Source: Chrysemys picta bellii
Lineage: Eukaryota
DNA length: 64,000 nt
NCBI RefSeq assembly: GCF_011386835.1
Contig: NC_088802.1
Location: 52,328,001-52,392,000 of the forward strand
Direction: 5' to 3'
Shown here: piece after piece, positions 62,399 to 64,000 of the stretch
How the letters are laid out: the number at the start of each line of letters is the position of its first letter
Position numbering within the stretch: the first letter of the stretch is position 1
Notes under the pieces: model-generated
What the model saw: only the letters and a program-made list of their open reading frames with translations
Told to the model about the DNA's origin: nothing
The model's database searches: none
Program-made: the position numbers and the translations under genes

Positions 62399-62773
62399 TC
62401 CGGGGTGAGAGTTTTTCACGTTCCTGAGCGATGTGGCTAGGTCGATCTAATTTTTAAGTGTAGACCAGGCCCGAGTCCCTCTTTGTGCTGTGTTTACTGC
62501 TTCTCTTACAACCACCCTCACCCCTGGTGAACCAATACCCAGCAAAGCCCTCTACCCACAGACTTCTAATTTCTATCTGGGCTCACATACCCCCTTGTCC
62601 TAGGTGGTCCTGCATAAAGGAGCCTGTTTCCCACAGCCATCCTAAATGAAGAGTGGTGGCCACCCCCACCAGTCTAATGATGCTTTACCCAGCCCACAGT
62701 ATGGATGTGACTAATGTGTCTCTCATCCTTTCTCCTTTGTCTATGGTTGGGGCCACTATCAGGTGTTCTCCAT

Positions 62774-63184
62774 CAGCAGCTCTCAACCTTTCCAGATTGT
62801 CCCCCTTTCAGGAGTCTGATTTGTCTTGCGGACCCCCAAGTTTCACCTCACTTAAAAACTACTTAGTTATAAAATCAGACATAAAAATACAGAAGTGTCA
62901 CAGCCACACTGTTACTGAAAAATTGCTGACTTTCTCCTTTGTACCATATAATTATAAAATAAATCCATTGGAATATAAATATTGTACTTACAGTTCAGTG
63001 TATAGTATACAGAGCAGTATAAACAAGTCATTATCTGCATGAAATTTTCATTTGTACTGACTTCACCGGTGCTTTTTATGTAGCCTGTTGTAAAACTGGG
63101 CAAATATCTAGATGAGCTGATGCACCCCCTGGAAGACCTCTGCAAACCCCCAGGGGTCCGTGTACCACTGGTTGAGAACCCCTG
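62774..63184. mobile_element. hAT-Charlie-type MITE, ~410 bp, apparently complete
   Basis: TIRs CAGCAGCTCTCAACC / GGTTGAGAACCCCTG; its ends match the outer parts of 60747-61043. Confidence 0.85.
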
Positions 63185-64000
63185 TCCTACAATATTTGTT
63201 AAATCAAAATAGCGTGCATTTCAGAGTTCTGCATATTCACTCTTCCAGGCCTCAATACAGGAAAACCCTTAAGCATGTGCGTAAGTCCATCCCAATTCAG
63301 GACAGTGCTTAACCCAGGTGTTTAAGTGCTGTGCTGAATAAGGATGGTTTCCTGAAACAAGGCCCCGATAACGAACAGAAAATTGGAATATGACCCGTTT
63401 TTTCAAATGAACACAGCTCTTCAATACTTGCAAAGATCTTCACTCATGAATGAATTACAGGCTGAGAATTATTTGCAGAAGTTTTTCATGGGATTATTGT
63501 GAATGAAAAGTAACTGGGGAAAATCACGACCTGTTCACATCTAGTCCACAAGCAGCAAAAGAGAGGAAATTTGCCCGCTAAGATTCTTCTCTCTGAAGCA
63601 CTCGCTCACAGCTGGAAAGCACAAACACCAGCTCTCTCTGCAAATGAGACACGCCACTTTTGGGACCACGTTCTATGCAGGACCAGTGCAGAAAGCAGTG
63701 CACTGAATTGCCTCATGCTGTCGCAACCAGCTGTGGGCTCGAAGGAGTGTAACTTTCTGAGAATTTCCTTTTTGATTCGTGTGTGTGCGTGCGCGCTTGA
63801 TAAGAAAGTGGCATGATCTTTTTCTCTCTGACCTTCCCAATGGTGTTTGCTTAATAGGATTTGGACGTTGGCTCAAATAATATTAGAAGCTCGAAGCCAA
63901 CTTTTAAAAGTATTAGGGAGATTATAAAGTAAAGGCTGGATTGCACCTGCTAGGAACAGCCAGCGTAGAGTGCAGTGGCCCCAGGAGAGGCATTCCCTGT

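Noticed and set aside
1-64000. CRISPR arrays, rRNA genes or a second protein-coding gene (such as KCNJ2 or MAP2K6 exons)
   Set aside because: No repeat-spacer arrays, rRNA motifs or matching peptides seen; the remaining short ORFs are repeat-derived or random.

Overview
Vertebrate genomic DNA. The repeat content (tRNA-derived Pol III/SINE with a CR1 tail, Harbinger, hAT and Tc1/mariner MITEs, Penelope-derived hairpins) points to a cryptodiran turtle. The only recognisable protein-coding gene is KCNJ16 (Kir5.1), encoded in one exon on the + strand (52504-53724). The preceding ~52 kb is probably its 5' introns and upstream region, with a candidate promoter/UTR exon near 10.9-11.0 kb. Main points: (1) an upstream in-frame ATG at 52468 would give a 418-aa protein but is cut by TAG at codon 8, which aligns with Tyr8 of human Kir5.1 as I recall that sequence; (2) this Kir5.1 has Asp at the TM2 rectification-controller position, where human has Asn161; (3) three Penelope-derived insertions carry minimal hammerhead-ribozyme architectures with covarying stems, one with an intact catalytic core inside a 180-nt palindrome; (4) an RTE retrotransposon fragment with a C2H2 zinc finger and TSDs, interrupted by only one stop, lies just 3' of the gene; (5) there are nested and chimeric MITEs and a 118-bp tandem duplication. 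All comparisons to other species and repeat families are from memory, not from database searches.
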